Shown here in pieces: positions 21,549-34,053 of a DNA stretch of 64,000 nt. The notes under the pieces are model-generated. The model saw nothing but the letters and a program-made list of their open reading frames with translations, made no database searches and was not told where the DNA came from. The position numbers were made by a program, and so were the translations under genes. The first letter of the stretch is position 1. Every line of letters begins with the position of its first letter. Source of the stretch: Saccostrea cucullata (taxonomy: Eukaryota); assembly GCF_032062105.1 (NCBI RefSeq), contig NW_026938566.1:124001-188000 (forward strand), given 5' to 3'.

Positions 21549-24500
21549 ATGTTCGGCGATAAAAGAGAAGAACGGATAGAGAGAATTTTGACTGTGTTGG
21601 CTTGTCGATCAGCAGGTGTATCTGAAGACATGCTACCTATACCTCAAGTAAGACCAATGTTGAAAAATTTAAAAATATCTCCCCCCCCCTTTTTTCTAAA
21701 AAAAAAAAATTAAATCACCGAAAAATGAAATAAATGCCCAAAAATAATGAGTATAATCAAGGTTACTTTTTTTGAAGTTTTCTTTTAATCCACCGGAAAA
21801 TCGTAGAATAACTTGATATTTTTTTTCACTACATGTAAAGCATTTTACATTGAAAATACATCATTAATGTTATTTATAACACTTTCAAAAAAGTTATCGA
21901 TGTATTCTTTTTACAGAACTACGAGGAGATCCTGGATTTCGGTGAAGAGGCAGTCAAAGACCTAGTAAGTAGTTTACTTTTGAAATTAAAGTACAATAAT
22001 TCGTATTAGTTAAAAAAAATACCAGGACGTGATATTGTGACTTTGGCAATGAAAACCACTTTAAACTGATCCCTGCATTATAATTCCGTACGTGTTTTTT
22101 TTTCAATCAATAACAAATACATTCAAAATAGCAGGCCTATAGAACGCGGGGGGGGGGGGGGTGTCTTCCCACTCAGTTACTTTTGCTGACGTTTTAGAAT
22201 GTACATTTATGTTTTGATGCTTTTCCCTTTTAAGGTACTGTAAGATGGAACATTGACGAATTCATGCATAACTGACAAGTTTAGACTTACATTTTTTATG
22301 GTCTTTTATTTTTTTTTTTTTTTTGGGGGGGGGTTCCACTTCACTTTCCCTTTTAAAAGTTAAACCCCTTTCTGCTATTGCCACGGGCCTTTACTCCCTT
22401 AGATTTGTAAACATAACATATGCTGTTTGTTGTTATTTTTTAGAAATCCAAACAAGAAATATTGAAGTTTGATCGTAACTGGTGTGACTTAGTAGAAGAG
22501 GAGGAATTGCGACAGGTAAAATATGATTTGTTTTCTATATTATTTCTATATTTTGTTTTTAAATTATTATTGTAATATTTTACAGTTTTCAATACGTTTT
22601 CCTTTTTTTCCAATCTAGAAAAATGCGTTAACAATAATTTTCGAGAAAGAAAAAATTAGACCACAGACACAGATCTTGCAAAAAATGCTACAGGAATTGA
22701 AGGTACAGCTATTAGAAGTTATGATGCTATAACTTCAAAACTTTAGATTGAATTTTGATTATGTACAGAATTATTAGACTAGTGGTTTTTTTTTTTTTTT
22801 TAAAAACATGTTTAGTAGTTAATTTTTTATAAGTAAGACTTATTTGTTATAACTTATTTTTTTTTATTTGTTTTGAGATTTTTTGGTTAGTTCTAACTAA
22901 ATGCTTTGAGAACGATTAAATTTTTTCATGTTTTTTTCTGAATTTTAATCTGCATTCTCTCTGTGTTTTTAATGTGTTTTGACTTATTTCTTATTTGTTT
23001 TAACTTAGTTCTTATGACTAAACTTTGAATTCTTGTTATTTAAAATTTGTTATGACAAGTTTACTTCACAAAAAGTGGCGTGAAAGATGGAGACAACGTA
23101 TAGTTTCAGAAAAAAGTCCTTGAATTTATATATATTACTAACGAAAAGATAAAATAGTAGTCATGTTCTTGTCTTCAATCATTATGCAAACTGGAAGTTA
23201 CATATAAGAATTAAGTAATAGGAAATAAGTAGAAATCACAACTGTCGTTAAATTTTTGTCAATCAAAAACCACAGTTAAAATAGGACTAAACATTATTTT
23301 TTATTTAAAAAGTAAGCCAATCAACAGGTTTCAATAGGCTTCTTACATTTAGTTACCTCTAGCTACGAAACATTCACAACAAATAAGTCAAAACAAAAAA
23401 GTTATAACAAATAAGTCATAACAAGTAAGTCAATGTCCCTCCAGGGCTTCCGTACTGTTGTTTTAATGTGGTATGAAAACTAAGTAATTTGTATTTACCT
23501 CAAAAAAAAAAGAAGAAATCCATTACAATGTTCTAAGGATAAAGATATTTTATAGATACCTATAGTGTTCTTTTTGTTATTTAGAGAGAGGTGTCCAATA
23601 GAGTTCAGACAGCATTGAACAAAGAAAAACTAAAGGCAGGATGGACAGAAATACACCAAGAGATGATGGTATATTTTCTACAAGCAATATCTATTTACCT
23701 ATATAATGGTTCATTCTTTAATATATGGAAGGCTGAATTTTTGGCTTTTGGAAAACATTTGAAATACATGAAATATGTATTGTTTTGCAAACACTGATCA
23801 TATTTTTCAGGGAAAGATATCTGATAAAAGGAAAATGGATCAACAACTTGAACGAGAAAATACAAGACAGAGGTCAATTGGCTTAGAACTAAAGGTAAGT
23901 TATTGCCTAATTTTATATTTAGTCTATTTCATGTTTTGTAATTGTTAAAGAAATTAATGTAACAATGTTAAAATTAGAAAATAAGAGAGAGAGAGAGAGA
24001 GAAGGGGATACAGGAAATATGGGATTTGTTTACACAGAGTTGTTGATTTTTTTCGCACATATTTCTTGTAATATAAGTTTTTTTTTTTTTTGATTTTTAA
24101 AAAGAGTTGAATTTGATAAAATGAAATATTTTGGTACAGATAGTCTGGTCCTTGATGACTGTAAAAAGAGAAATCCAACAACTGAGAGTGGACTTAACAA
24201 GGAACATGTTGATGGGTCTGAAGGTATGTATTAAATCAAAGCTTTGTTTGAACTAAAGTCTGGATGTACTTTCCAACTATTAAATTTAATGAGATATACA
24301 AGAGAAAAAAAAACATTTACAGTAAAACTCGTTTAGTACAAACATACAGATATTGCGAATTCATTTTGTAGGTCTCAGTGACTTCATTATAACTGAGTTT
24401 TACTGTAAAAGGAGTATTAACTAAAATTTTTCAGAGATTTCTATTTTATTAATAAGATTGATATCATTTATCATTTTTTAAAAACTTAATTTGTGGTGTG

Positions 24501-27020
24501 GACTGCTTATTTTTAAATTTCCATATAACAATGTACAAATGATTAAAATATTTTTCTAGAAAGAGATGTCCATCAGACTTGAAAAAGCATTGACAAAAGA
24601 AGAACTAAAGGTGAAATGGACATCAATTCACCACGAGATGATGGTATATTTTCTTTTGTACAAGCATCATCTACTTAATTAATGGTTTATTCTTTGATGT
24701 CTTGAAGGCTGAATTCTTGGCTTTTAGAAAACACTGAAATACAGGAATGTACAATTTTGTTATGCAAATGCTGTCATATTTTTCAGGGAGTGGTATTAGA
24801 TAGAAGGAATATTCAAAAGCAAATGGATCTAGTAAGACAGAAAAAGAGGTCTATGCACTTGGAACTACTGGTGAGTTATTGCCTAATTAATATTTAAATA
24901 ATTTCTTGTTTTGTAATGTATTGAATAGATTATTGTTAAATGTAACTATGTTAAAATTAAAAAAGTTGTGTTTTTTTTTTAATATGAATTTGCTTAAACA
25001 TAATGTGTTTTTTAGGGGGGGGGAGGTAGTTCTTTGGGGGTTACTTAGAAGTTGTGTTTTTTTTTTTAATATGAATTTGCTTAAACATAATAGTGTTTTT
25101 TGTTACAGACAGTGTTGCGCATGATGGATTTAAGAAAAGAAATCGAAAAACTTAGAGAAGCAATCAGGAAGGTATGTATTTAATCACAGCTTTAAATGTA
25201 GAAATTCATGTTAATTGAACTAAAGTCTGGATGAACTTTCTGAATGTCAAATGTAATGAGATCACAAGAGGAAAAATAGGAGAGAAATTTTTTCAGTGAT
25301 TTTTTTTCTCATTATTATGATGATCAACTTTTTAAAATACTGGTAATTTCTTTGAGGTATGATCTGCTTAAAATAGGTTTATGCTCACAGCTGTTTTAAT
25401 GCAAGTGTTTTAATATCTGCATGCACATGTTCAATCAGTAATTTTTGTTTTTTTAGGAAGCTGAAGATGCTATAGTGGAAAAAAATAATGAAAAGAAATT
25501 AGACGTGATAAAATCTATTGAGAAAAATGTAAGTAATATTTTTAAAAAGTTTTATTCCAATTTTACACATCTCACTGCATTTACAAATAATATTCATGTC
25601 ATTTTGTGAAGAATTTTGATAACTTTTATTGTGTATTATGTTAAGTTAAGGCTGATTTTATGTGTTACAGGACATCTGCAATCAGGACTATCTGGATGTA
25701 CCAGAATCTGAGGAAACAGAGACTTTCATCCCAAGGAAATTGTTCCTTTTCAATGTAGAAACATTCAAAATGGATTCAAAGGTTAGAAATCTGGCTTTTT
25801 TCTTTAAAAATTCTTTTGATTATTTATATCAACTTTCAGTCTCAGGAAATCATATCATATATCATTGCAAATTTTTTTTTGATTAATTCAAAGAAATCAA
25901 AAGTTAAAACTCACACAAAATAGAAAACCCACACTTTTTTCTTGGTGATGAAAAAATAAATGGGGTTTAATCTATAAATTGTGAGTTCTCTATAAATGCA
26001 TTTGAAATAAAAATTGTTTTCACAAAATATACACATGTATTTTGTTTTCATTTCAGCATGATGATGAAGGTACACAGGAATGTAGCAGTAGTAATTCTAA
26101 GAGTGAAATGATTGAGTGCACTCCCACTGCAAATGAGGTACTTGAAATAGAAAATAATTACACCTGTATTTTGAATATTACAATTCATTCCCTTTATTAC
26201 TAATATTAATCATAGATAAGAGGTGTGTCTTCTTGACCCTGTAACAAGGTCATTCTGGTCAAAGTCAAGATGATCCTAACCCTAGCCCAGGAAAGGGTGA
26301 TCAAGTTCGTTTATTATAGAAATAAACTTAAAAGTAGAAAACAGATCACCAACACTTCGTGAGAATGCAGCAGTAAATTTATTTTGTTGACCGGTTTCGA
26401 CCTGTGATGGTCTTCATCAGAACAATTTATAGAAATGTAAAAATTTTTGTCTTAGCCATAACACTGAACTGGAGATATACTGAATTCAAGGTCTCTAACA
26501 TGGAATGTAAAATTATTGTCTTTTAACATTTTCTTCAAGAAGTAACTTTAGAGGATCATACTTGATCTGAGTTTATTGTGTCTATGATCATTGGATGCTA
26601 TTGCCTAAACATCATAAGGACAAGGCCACAGTGACATTTATGTGAAATGTGTAGGTTTCAGGTATTCTTGGATGAGCAATTGGGAGTTCATTTTTTGTTG
26701 TGACCTAGAGTTTTGACATGATGACAAGGTCAAGTGCTTCAGAGTTCAGCATTTGGGAGGAGATTTTTTAAAATGCTTTGACTTTGAATGGTCATAACTT
26801 TAAATACTTAACACAAAGATCACTCAGAACCAGATATTTTAAAGTGTCAACAATTTCCATATTTAAAGTGACTTTAGTTTCAAGAAAGTTGAATAAAATT
26901 ATTTTTTGAGAATTTTATTGATAACTTAGTTACCTTTATTTTCTTTTTCAGAGGTCCAATGAGCCAAAAAAGAAAACCCTGAAATCCAAGATCCAGAAAT
27001 TCTTCCGATTGAAGTCATAA
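21549..27020 (+). CDS. Uncharacterised ~372-aa modular, charged alpha-helical (coiled-coil-like) protein
   Basis: Fourteen coding exons, all AG/GT-bounded, phase 0 and stop-free: 21549-21647, 21917-21964, 22444-22515, 22619-22702, 23585-23668, 23811-23894, 24140-24223, 24560-24643, 24787-24870, 25109-25171, 25457-25528, 25671-25781, 26057-26137, 26952-27020 (TAA). AATAAA at ~27064. Begins MFGDKREERIERILTVLACRSAG, ends KKTLKSKIQKFFRLKS. Confidence 0.85.
24318..24407. mobile_element. Tiny pogo/Tigger-like MITE
   Basis: TACAGTAAAACTC / GAGTTTTACTGTA: TA flanks and CAGT..ACTG termini. Confidence 0.7.
26384..26425 (-). ncRNA. Minimal type I hammerhead ribozyme motif (Penelope-like element type)
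   Basis: Minus strand reads TTGTT-CTGATGA-A-GACC-atcaca-GGTC-GAAA-CCGG-TC-AACAA. All core nucleotides present, 5-bp stem I, 4-bp stem II, palindromic mini stem III, GUC cleavage triplet. Confidence 0.8.
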
Positions 27021-28133
27021 AGAGATATTGGGACATTAGCAAATGGATATCGTCTTTAACATCAATAAAATATTTAATGGAAAATGTGTCATACAAACTG
27101 TTTATCTCGCGTTTAAACCATCAATTAAATTAACGTATTAAATGAAATTTCTTGTTTTTCTTTTGATTTTTTTATGTCATAATTTCGGTTAGATGTAACA
27201 TATATCTTCAAAAATATTTAAGAAAAAAATAAAGACTGCAAGAAAAGGCCCAAGGGCCTCAACAGTTGCCTGAGTATAACAACAATTAAGAGGAGCCACA
27301 GTATGAAAGTATGAAATTTATAAACTGACAGATGAAGCTTTGATGCTCAAAAGCAAAAGAAATAGGATGATCAGGACCAATGAAATATCTAGACAAGTAT
27401 TAAAGTCATGTCAATTTAACTTCCTGTTCATTGGACATTTGATGAAAAATGTACTAGTGGGGAAGAGATTCAGTAATAATATTCATACTTTTGTATGTAT
27501 CAAATGAATGCAAAATAATTTTCAAATGCCTATTAAGACATCATCATTCCTTGAATTTATTTATATCTTCTGCATCGTAAAATTATTCAATGAATAATAT
27601 GAATTCATAATAATTTTTAAATGACTATAACGCATTTTGTATTCTACATATTTAATATATATTTTTCAAAATTATAATTTTTTTTATATGAAATGCTGAC
27701 CATAAATGCATGGATTTTTCATTTTAGAGAGAAAAACCAAAAGTATTTAATCAGTGATATCTTTAATTAAATAAAAGTATAATTTAAAACATTTCTTAAA
27801 TAAACAGTTGCTAGCTTTGTGTCATCTTTCTGTTTTTAATTGTAAGATATCTTTATAAATCGATTAAAGAGAACAAAAATTGAATTAATGTGCGCATTCA
27901 ATATGTGATTGCACACAAAAGAGAATTAAACTAAACAGATATCTTTGAATATACATGTATTGAACTATTCGGGCTTTGAACATGGGAAATAGTAAATTGG
28001 AATAGAAATAAATGTTAGAGTTCACAGTAAAATGGACTCAACAGGTGATGGAATAGACTGTTTAAAAATATTAAATAATATCAATAATTACAAGTTTTCA
28101 CGTTTTCTCACGGCCATAACTAAATAGTCTAAA

Positions 28134-31100
28134 TCACTGGTTAACTAATAAACCAAAGAAAACTATTGTCACTGTTGGAGAAATAATCATATAAAAGATG
28201 AAAAAGAGACGATCCAAAACTCGCGCCAGAGTTCGCCATTCCTGTTGCCGCTCCTCGCCGTCCATGACGTCATGGTCGGTTTCTGTCACGTGACTCCCGT
28301 CATATACAGACAGGGATTCTATATTTTCCACTTTAACGTCGTCTTTATTTTTATCCTGAAACAGAAAAGTACTTCAAGTCAAGAACTTTGAAACATACAA
28401 AAATTAATCATGAGACATACTAGATCCATCTTTGGATACCCGATGATATACTAAATAGACCGCTTAATTACAATAAAATATCCTCTTTCCTATTCCAAGA
28501 AAACAAATATTTTTAAAATCATATAATATTGAAATTAGAAGTGCATGCAAGCACATCCTGTTTCTTACTGATGCTGGCTTTTTGTCCACAATGCCAACTT
28601 TTGTTGTTGGACAGAGCACAAATCTGAGTTTTCCAAGAAACAACCTTCTGACCCATGAGGGTACCCGATTTGTCGATTCCTCTCGGAAATGTAAATATAA
28701 TACCCAGACCGCAATTGTGCAAGAGAGACACACGATAACCATACACACCGAAAAGTAGACACCTGTAAAACATAACATTTAAAGTATGTTTTTTATCTTA
28801 AAGAAAGATCAATGATTAAAATACTAGAAGTACGAACAGGTTTTATAAATCCAATGATTTTTTTTTTTTTAATTTGACCCACCTATAATTGGAAAAGTTT
28901 CCGCGGATGCTGGTAACTTATCAGAAACAAGAAGCAGAAACACAGAAAGTGACAATAAAACAGTCACTTCAAGTGAAACTTTTTCTCCAGAGTCAGCTGG
29001 AAGTATGAACCCCAAGGCGGCAAGAGCAAGCACAAGTGTGCAAGGAAATATAATTGTCAACACGTAGAATTTCGGTTTCCGCTTCATTGTCAACGTAAAC
29101 GTAATATCAGGGTAAGGTTCCGGACAACAGCCGTAGTAGGCCACGTTACGCTGGCTCAAGATGCTGACGACTGACCACTCATTGCTTTCGACAAACGAAG
29201 ATAAATCTCCTGAAAATTGAAAATAACAATGCAAGGTTTTTGGATGTTATGAATGCATTTACATGTACTGGGTCTTTAAGCTTAAAATTTGGGTTAATAA
29301 ATAAATCATGAATGTAGTGTTTCAAATGTTTTTTTAGTTTGGTTTTTATTTCATGGTTTTAACAAATTTATTACACCATTTTGCCAGTCTCGATATGCAC
29401 CTACTTCGCCATAATTTTGAAACTTGAAAAAAATTAATTTTTAAAAACAGCAATTCGTCCTTCTTATTAAAAAATACACGGTATATTAAACTCTTAAAAG
29501 AGAAGAGTGTTGGACCTGTAGATCTTTTTGCAAGAAGGTCAAGTTCCTGGCCGTGGTGAGTCCAGGACCCCAGCTTGATGGTACATTTCTGTGTGTCATA
29601 AGGGAAGTAGGTGACGTCAACAGAACACGTGATCTCCACCACTGTAGGAAAGTTGAAATACGCAGATCCGTCAGAATAAACCGAAATTCTGTAAAAGGCC
29701 CGGCCTGGCATGTCCTCACCCTTAGTAACACTGATTAGAGAAAATCAGTATTAATGCAAAGAAATAAACGATAATCATATTCTATAAACAAATGCTATAT
29801 AAAAAGTCTTAAAAAACTAAAGAACATATGAAGTTTAAGGGAGTACAACTGACGATTTTGAATCCACCGCACAATATATAAAAGTTCTATATGGATGTGT
29901 TTTAGAGTTTTAATTATTCTGAAATCAGGACCTGTCAGTTCCATACTTCATTAAAGTTTTATAAATATCCCTACCTCTCAAACAAAGTGATATCAGGAGT
30001 CCAGATTTTACTTGAGGGGACAGTTAAGGAACTAAAGCCTCCGTATGATGAAGGAGTCCAGGTAAGAGAACAGTCTTTCCAACTCTGAGGAAAAAATGAT
30101 CACTTTACTTTAGTATGATCATACTACGCCTAAAAGAATGTTAAAGTTTTGTATATGACATACAGGGATAAAGAATGGCAACCATGCTTAAATTCACTGA
30201 AACAGTACAAATCGGGAACAGAACAAACATGGACCTAAAAAACATCAGACATGGGATTAGGTGTCAGGGAGGAGATATAAACTCTAAAATCCTTGTATTG
30301 GCCAATGATCTGAGCAAAAATTCTTGCTTATTAATAAAATTATCTAAACAAAATGCTTGCTTATAAATCAAATTATCGGAATAAAAAGTTAGTTTTGGCC
30401 TGCTTAAAAGGGATTTTAAATAAAGATTTTTCTCTACTCAAAATGTTCCCCTATTGTGACCTACCACTACCTATCACGGGACCATAATTTAATCAAAATA
30501 CTAAATTTGCACTTTCAGAGAATGCTTGTACAAGAAGGTGCTGCTCATTAACCCAATGATGTTTCGTAATGCGCAGTTGAATTGTTTCATTAATTTTCGA
30601 TATGAATTCGTAAATGGAAATTAAAGTTAAAGCAATATGAGCTGCATTTTTGAAAATTTTATTTTGCTGTTAAAATGTGTTGTTATGATATTTTTGTATG
30701 TAACTTAAACCTTTATGATCAATTAAACTAAAATAAAGCAGAAAAAAAACTTCTACATACAATCCAATATACAGTTTTATATAAGAAATCTTTATTGTAC
30801 AGGACGACAATAATGCAATTTTGATTCAGTCGAAGCTCATAAATAGTTCTTGCATCGCAAACACTGTAAAAAAATAACTAGTTAAAGTCACGAAGAAAAC
30901 TAGTAAATTTACTGTCCATACAATCACTACCTTAAAAGTAGTTTTACCAGATTATGGTATATTTACTAGATAAGATTAGTAAATTTAGAATTGATATAAG
31001 TAACTTTCACTAGGTATCTAAGTATCTATACGACCCCCGCTCCACAACTCACTATCTTAACCAGTAAAATGAAAGTTTACTAATCACGACCAACGCTTTA

Positions 31101-34053
31101 CGAGGCACACTAGTTAAATTCACTAGGTTTTTCTTTCAGTGAATATGAACAAAAGAAGTTTATCAATATTATTATTTTGTGTCTTTTGAATAGTTATTTA
31201 TAATTTTGCAACAAAAAATTCTTACATCAAAGTTGCAGCTCATATTGCTTTAACAGATGACAGACGGCCGGACAAGTTGATCAGTAAAAACTAAATGATC
31301 CTTTGGCTCTGGAGAGCGAAAAGAAACAAAATATATTCCTTTTTAAAATTTATTTTATCTTCTTCCCATCCAAAACAAAGTTAAGCTACGCAGCAAATGA
31401 ATCCCTGCATACTAGGGCAAAATGTATCTAGTCTCTGTTCATGACATTAAAAAAAAAGTTTCCAGTAACGCTTTTACTATGATCAAATCTTAATAAATTG
31501 GTGGAGAATCCACATTAATGAGATCCAAACTCATATTATTTTCCATGTTGGCTATATTAATTAGATAGAAAGTCGCTCGTACATCTATATGAGGAAACTT
31601 GCTAGATTTAAAGTAAAATGTCTCCATGTTCTTTTATTGGCATAACGTTACATACAACAAGAAAAAGATACTTCACTGCTCACAAAATCGTAAGGCCCGA
31701 GTACAGGTCTTTGCAGCACTCCAACGACAAGTGGCGTCGTCTAAATACTAGTGTTTAGTGGAAAATGATCTCGAAGGAACGTTAAACAAACAAATAAACA
31801 TAGGTTTTATTTCATTTTAGATATACGGATAGATGACTGAAAAAAATTCTTTGAATTAGGATGCATGTATGTAAAGAAAGATACGCTTTAAATTACATTT
31901 CCTATTTCACTTGCTGTTGAACATGTATATTTAAATTTACCTGACGTAGCCACATCTTTAACGTCAGTGTTTGTTCTCTTTCATTCTGCAAGATGCATTT
32001 AAAAAAAAAATATTAAAACATATCATAAAAGAGTGTATCAAATAGTGACTTTAAACTGTTGTGAATATTATGTCATAATAATTAGGTCAATAAATATGAC
32101 ACCATAGTTTGATAAATTTTCTTACGGATGAATAAGTTAATTTGATGCTTCGAGTTTCATTTAGATAATTACACGCAAAGTTTACATGACCTTCATTTTA
32201 TACAATATATAATAATGACGAACCATTTGAAATTAACACCTGACAGTGATCATCAATGTTAATAATTAATTAGTCACACCAAAAATTTAACATAAATAGG
32301 CACAATACAGGTCATTTGTGCATGCACTGTTAAATAGACCTTGTCCTACTCATTGAGTAATGCTATATCAGGCTTAAAATTGACAATGCCTATCATTCCG
32401 TCAGTCAAAGCTAAGACAAATAGGCTATATGACACCAATTTCATTAAAGTCCAACACACTTTAATTGCAAAAATGCAGTAAAGATTTGAGACCATGAAAA
32501 TTTTAAAGGTATATGTTAAATTTTCTTCGAGATAACTTCGTTCTCACACGTGCAATACCATTACCAATTAAGATATTGTGAAAATGAGGAAATTTAATGC
32601 TTATTCAATGTGCAACTAAATTTTTGTAAGATTAATTTATATTAAGAATACTTTCATATTTGGGTTATCACTGAAAAAACTTCAGAGAAAGTTGAGGAGT
32701 ACAGTATCTGTTATCTCTGAATATTTCCATTTCTATTTTTTTTTTCTCTGTGATAACTCTTTGAAAGTTTAGGGAGTTTATTTCTTGATAATTCTGCAGG
32801 AATGTCAATTAGGCACGTCGATAGGTCAGCAGCTAAGGAGGCCTAATACGCATGCAAATCTCGTGCGCATCTGTCTCTGTGTCTGACGCTAAGGAGGCCA
32901 AATATGCATGTAAATCTCGTGCGGCTGCCTTTGTGTTTGACGTCAGTGTGCGAGGACTATTGAAATTGGCATGGAAGTCCTCGTGCAATTTCAATCTATA
33001 AGTCTACATTTTTAATGTCTAAGTCTACAATTTTATTTCACAATGAAATGAAAATATAAGGAATCACTGTCTAGTTATGACAGTATGCCAGGGACATCAA
33101 CAATAGTGGGAAACATGGGATAATTTTAGCATAACGGGCTTCGCCCGTTATGCAAATTATCCCATGTTTCCCACCATTGTTGATGCCCTGGCATACTCTC
33201 AAAACTAGACAGTGATTCCTTAAATAATATTTAACACTATACTCTTATTTATTACATTGAATAAGTAAAATGAGTATATAGGTATTCATTATTTTCACTT
33301 TTTATACACTATTGTCAAATCACTGAAGTTATAAGTAACCACATCTAACAATAAATCACAGATATCTGAAAGTTAATATTTACCAGGGCAATAATTTCTC
33401 GGAGGGCAATATCAAGAGTGACTGTGACGTTGTCTGCATTATGACATCGGGGTAGGATTTCACTGGTGTAGTTGGAGAAGAGGTCTTTGTAAAGAATCTG
33501 GTCTGATGTAGCCAGTGTAGTCTCTATTACAAAATAAAGAAAACCAAGGAATGATAATCTATTCCAAAATTCAATCTCCTTTTAACTAATTTTTCAAAAG
33601 TGAAAAAAATATTAAAAATTTTCGAAATCTTCGGTAGAAATAGACTAGTTAGCTGAAATTTTGCTAAGGATTTTTCATGTTGATTTCTTTTCCATCGAGA
33701 CTTTTTGTTCAACCAAAGTTTTTCATCAGAAGTACATGTACATAGGCCATTGGTTAAACATTCTTAATTCTATTTTTTCCATCATGATAAATGTATAAAA
33801 AAGTTTATCTCATAAGCCACAAAGATACTAGCATATAGATTCAAATGGAAATGAAATACATAAAGACTGGTCCTTTTTGATTGCTTTACATTATTAAAAA
33901 AAACACATGAAAATACTTTTATGATGCTAATTGCCTAAAGATACCAATGAACACTTTTTTTCGGGTTTTTATATAAAAGATAATATAATGATGTTTTAGT
34001 TTCTTACCTGTTAGAAACGAAATTAAAACCAAAGTATTCAGAAACTTATCCAT
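28134..34053 (-). CDS. Nicotinic acetylcholine receptor alpha-type subunit (alpha9/10-like), paralog A, 432 aa
   Basis: Exons 34008-34053, 33384-33523, 31941-31985, 29975-30084, 29516-29730, 28883-29209, 28569-28762, 28134-28355 (1299 nt, open). Signal peptide, Cys-loop CSVDVTYFPYDTQKC, loop C YYGCCPEPY, M2 GEKVSLEVTVLLSLSVFLLL, pre-M4 EWRTLARVLDRLFF. Confidence 0.95.
30862..31141. mobile_element. CACTG-ended MITE (EnSpm/CACTA-like)
   Basis: CACTGTAAAAAAATAACTAGT / CACTAGGTTTTTCTTTCAGTG imperfect TIRs, internal ACTAGT repeats, AA flanks. Confidence 0.6.
31665..31800 (+). mobile_element. Probable SINE 3' fragment
   Basis: Ends ...AGTGGAAAATGATCTCGAAGGAACGTTAAACAAACAAATAAAC with a simple-repeat tail. 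Similar tail at 36495-36550. Family assignment is from recall of bivalve SINEs. Confidence 0.4.
32832..32945. repeat. 56-bp tandem duplication carrying octamer and CRE motifs
   Basis: GCTAAGGAGGCC..GCATG(C/T)AAATCTCGTGCG at 32832 and 32888. ATGCAAAT at 32852-32859, TGACGTCA at 32938-32945. Confidence 0.8.
33057..33222. mobile_element. Foldback (hairpin) MITE
   Basis: ~80-bp imperfect arms TAAGGAATCACTGTCTAGTT... / ...AACTAGACAGTGATTCCTTA, loop TTC. Confidence 0.85.

Noticed and set aside
24963-25108. Duplicated acceptor region creating an in-frame 93-nt exon extension
   Set aside because: The extension from the AG at 25015 contains an in-frame TAG. Treated as a local duplication.
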